DNA from: Candidatus Saccharimonadota bacterium
Lineage (GTDB): Bacteria > Patescibacteriota > Patescibacteriia > 2-12-FULL-60-25
Direction of reading: 5' to 3'
DNA: 32,000 bases
NCBI GenBank assembly: GCA_016699205.1
Contig: CP064964.1
Span: 1 to 32,000 of the forward strand
The translations under genes and the position numbers were made by a program. Under the pieces are notes generated by a model. The model was not told the origin of the DNA, searched no databases, and saw only the letters and a program-made list of their open reading frames with translations. This document shows, one piece after another, positions 31,300 to 32,000 of the stretch; position 1 is the stretch's first letter; every line of letters begins with the position of its first letter.

Positions 31300-32000
31300 A
31301 TGGAGATACAGGCTTTTAAGAAGCGGTTTGATCCGGTTTTGGAGCAGTTGCTCAAGAAAATCTTAGGTTCTTATCAAGGTCTGACAAAGGATGTCTTTAT
31401 CAGAGAGACGATCGATTATAGCCGCGAGCTTTTAATGGCTGGCGGCAAACGCGTTCGACCTTATATGGCATGGCTTACCTATAAGGCTTCTGGTGGACGC
31501 GATGATAAGCGTGTGCTTGAAGTTTTTGCCGGGCTAGAATTGTTTCACGCTTTTGCGCTTGTCCATGATGACATCATGGACCATGGAACCGAACGACATG
31601 GCATCAAAACGGCGCATCAGCACATTGCTTCACGTTTGAAGCAACTGAAACGCCATGGCGACCATAAGCATTTCGGGGAGGCTCAAGCGATTTTAATTGG
31701 CGATTTGCTTTTTGCCTGGTCGGTTGGTCAGGTGGCAGGTACAAAGGGTTGGCCGGCATTCCAGATGATGATCGATGAGGTGATGGTTGGGCAGATGATC
31801 GATGTTGATGTGATGACGAGACGCTCTGTTGATGATGCATTGCTGGCGGATAAGATGCGTTTGAAAACGGCGAGCTATACGTTTGTCAGACCCATGCAGG
31901 TTGGTGCTGCGATTGCCGGAGCGAATGGAAAGACAGCGCGCTTTTGTGAAGCATACGGGCTGCCTCTCGGTACGGCATTTCAGATCCAGGATGATTTGCT
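31300..32000 (+). CDS. polyprenyl diphosphate synthase (FPP/GGPP synthase family), 5' partial, runs off the window
   Basis: Absent from the ORF track because there is no stop in the window. ATG 31300 is 13 nt after TATACT (31281-31286). Translation gives MEIQAFKKRFDPVLEQ...GGKRVRPYM...FALVHDDIMD...MRLKTASYTF...FQIQDDL (both DDxxD motifs). Confidence 0.88.
   Translation, partial: MEIQAFKKRFDPVLEQLLKKILGSYQGLTKDVFIRETIDYSRELLMAGGKRVRPYMAWLTYKASGGRDDKRVLEVFAGLELFHAFALVHDDIMDHGTERHGIKTAHQHIASRLKQLKRHGDHKHFGEAQAILIGDLLFAWSVGQVAGTKGWPAFQMMIDEVMVGQMIDVDVMTRRSVDDALLADKMRLKTASYTFVRPMQVGAAIAGANGKTARFCEAYGLPLGTAFQIQDDL

Noticed and set aside
1-32000. CRISPR arrays, transposases, integrases, prophage genes, rRNA
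   Set aside because: No spaced direct-repeat array, no recognisable recombinase or transposase motifs, and no rRNA-like sequence were seen on either strand. The islands appear to be cargo-only singletons.

Overview
This looks like a chromosomal segment of a small-genome bacterium with about 45-50% GC. Gene content and the trimmed repair and division genes suggest a CPR/Patescibacteria-like organism, but that is inference only. Recognisable housekeeping genes are: uvrA (interrupted by one in-frame TAG), uvrC, mraZ-rsmH-ftsL-like, a membrane-anchored Clp-like AAA+ ATPase, a WecA/TagO-like GT4 transferase, a DUF192 protein, rplU, recR, ybaB, dnaB, an amino-acid permease, folD, uppS, pyrG, rpmA, a NifU-like protein, mraY-ftsW-murG, and a partial polyprenyl synthase. 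The most unusual signal is compositional. Several single-gene insertions have much higher GC at the third codon position (GC3) and a different codon dialect from their neighbours. Three are extreme: 161-901, 6982-8070 and 30806-31210. The middle one is an unmistakable eukaryote-type two-domain arginine (phosphagen) kinase. The accessory stretch at 6.9-10.3 kb also holds several other features. These are a TrmB-like regulator, a ~45-nt terminator element present twice, and a non-canonical tRNA-like structured element with a 15-bp perfect inverted repeat. It also holds a G10 tract inside the promoter of a leaderless gene for a Cys-repeat membrane protein. Other observations are a 19-nt perfect direct repeat exactly 1000 bp apart inside murG, many leaderless-type promoters, an MraZ-box array, and a pair of overlapping paralogous RHH-like small genes. 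I saw no CRISPR array, transposase, integrase or rRNA. All calls come from reading the sequence and recalling protein families; no database search was run.
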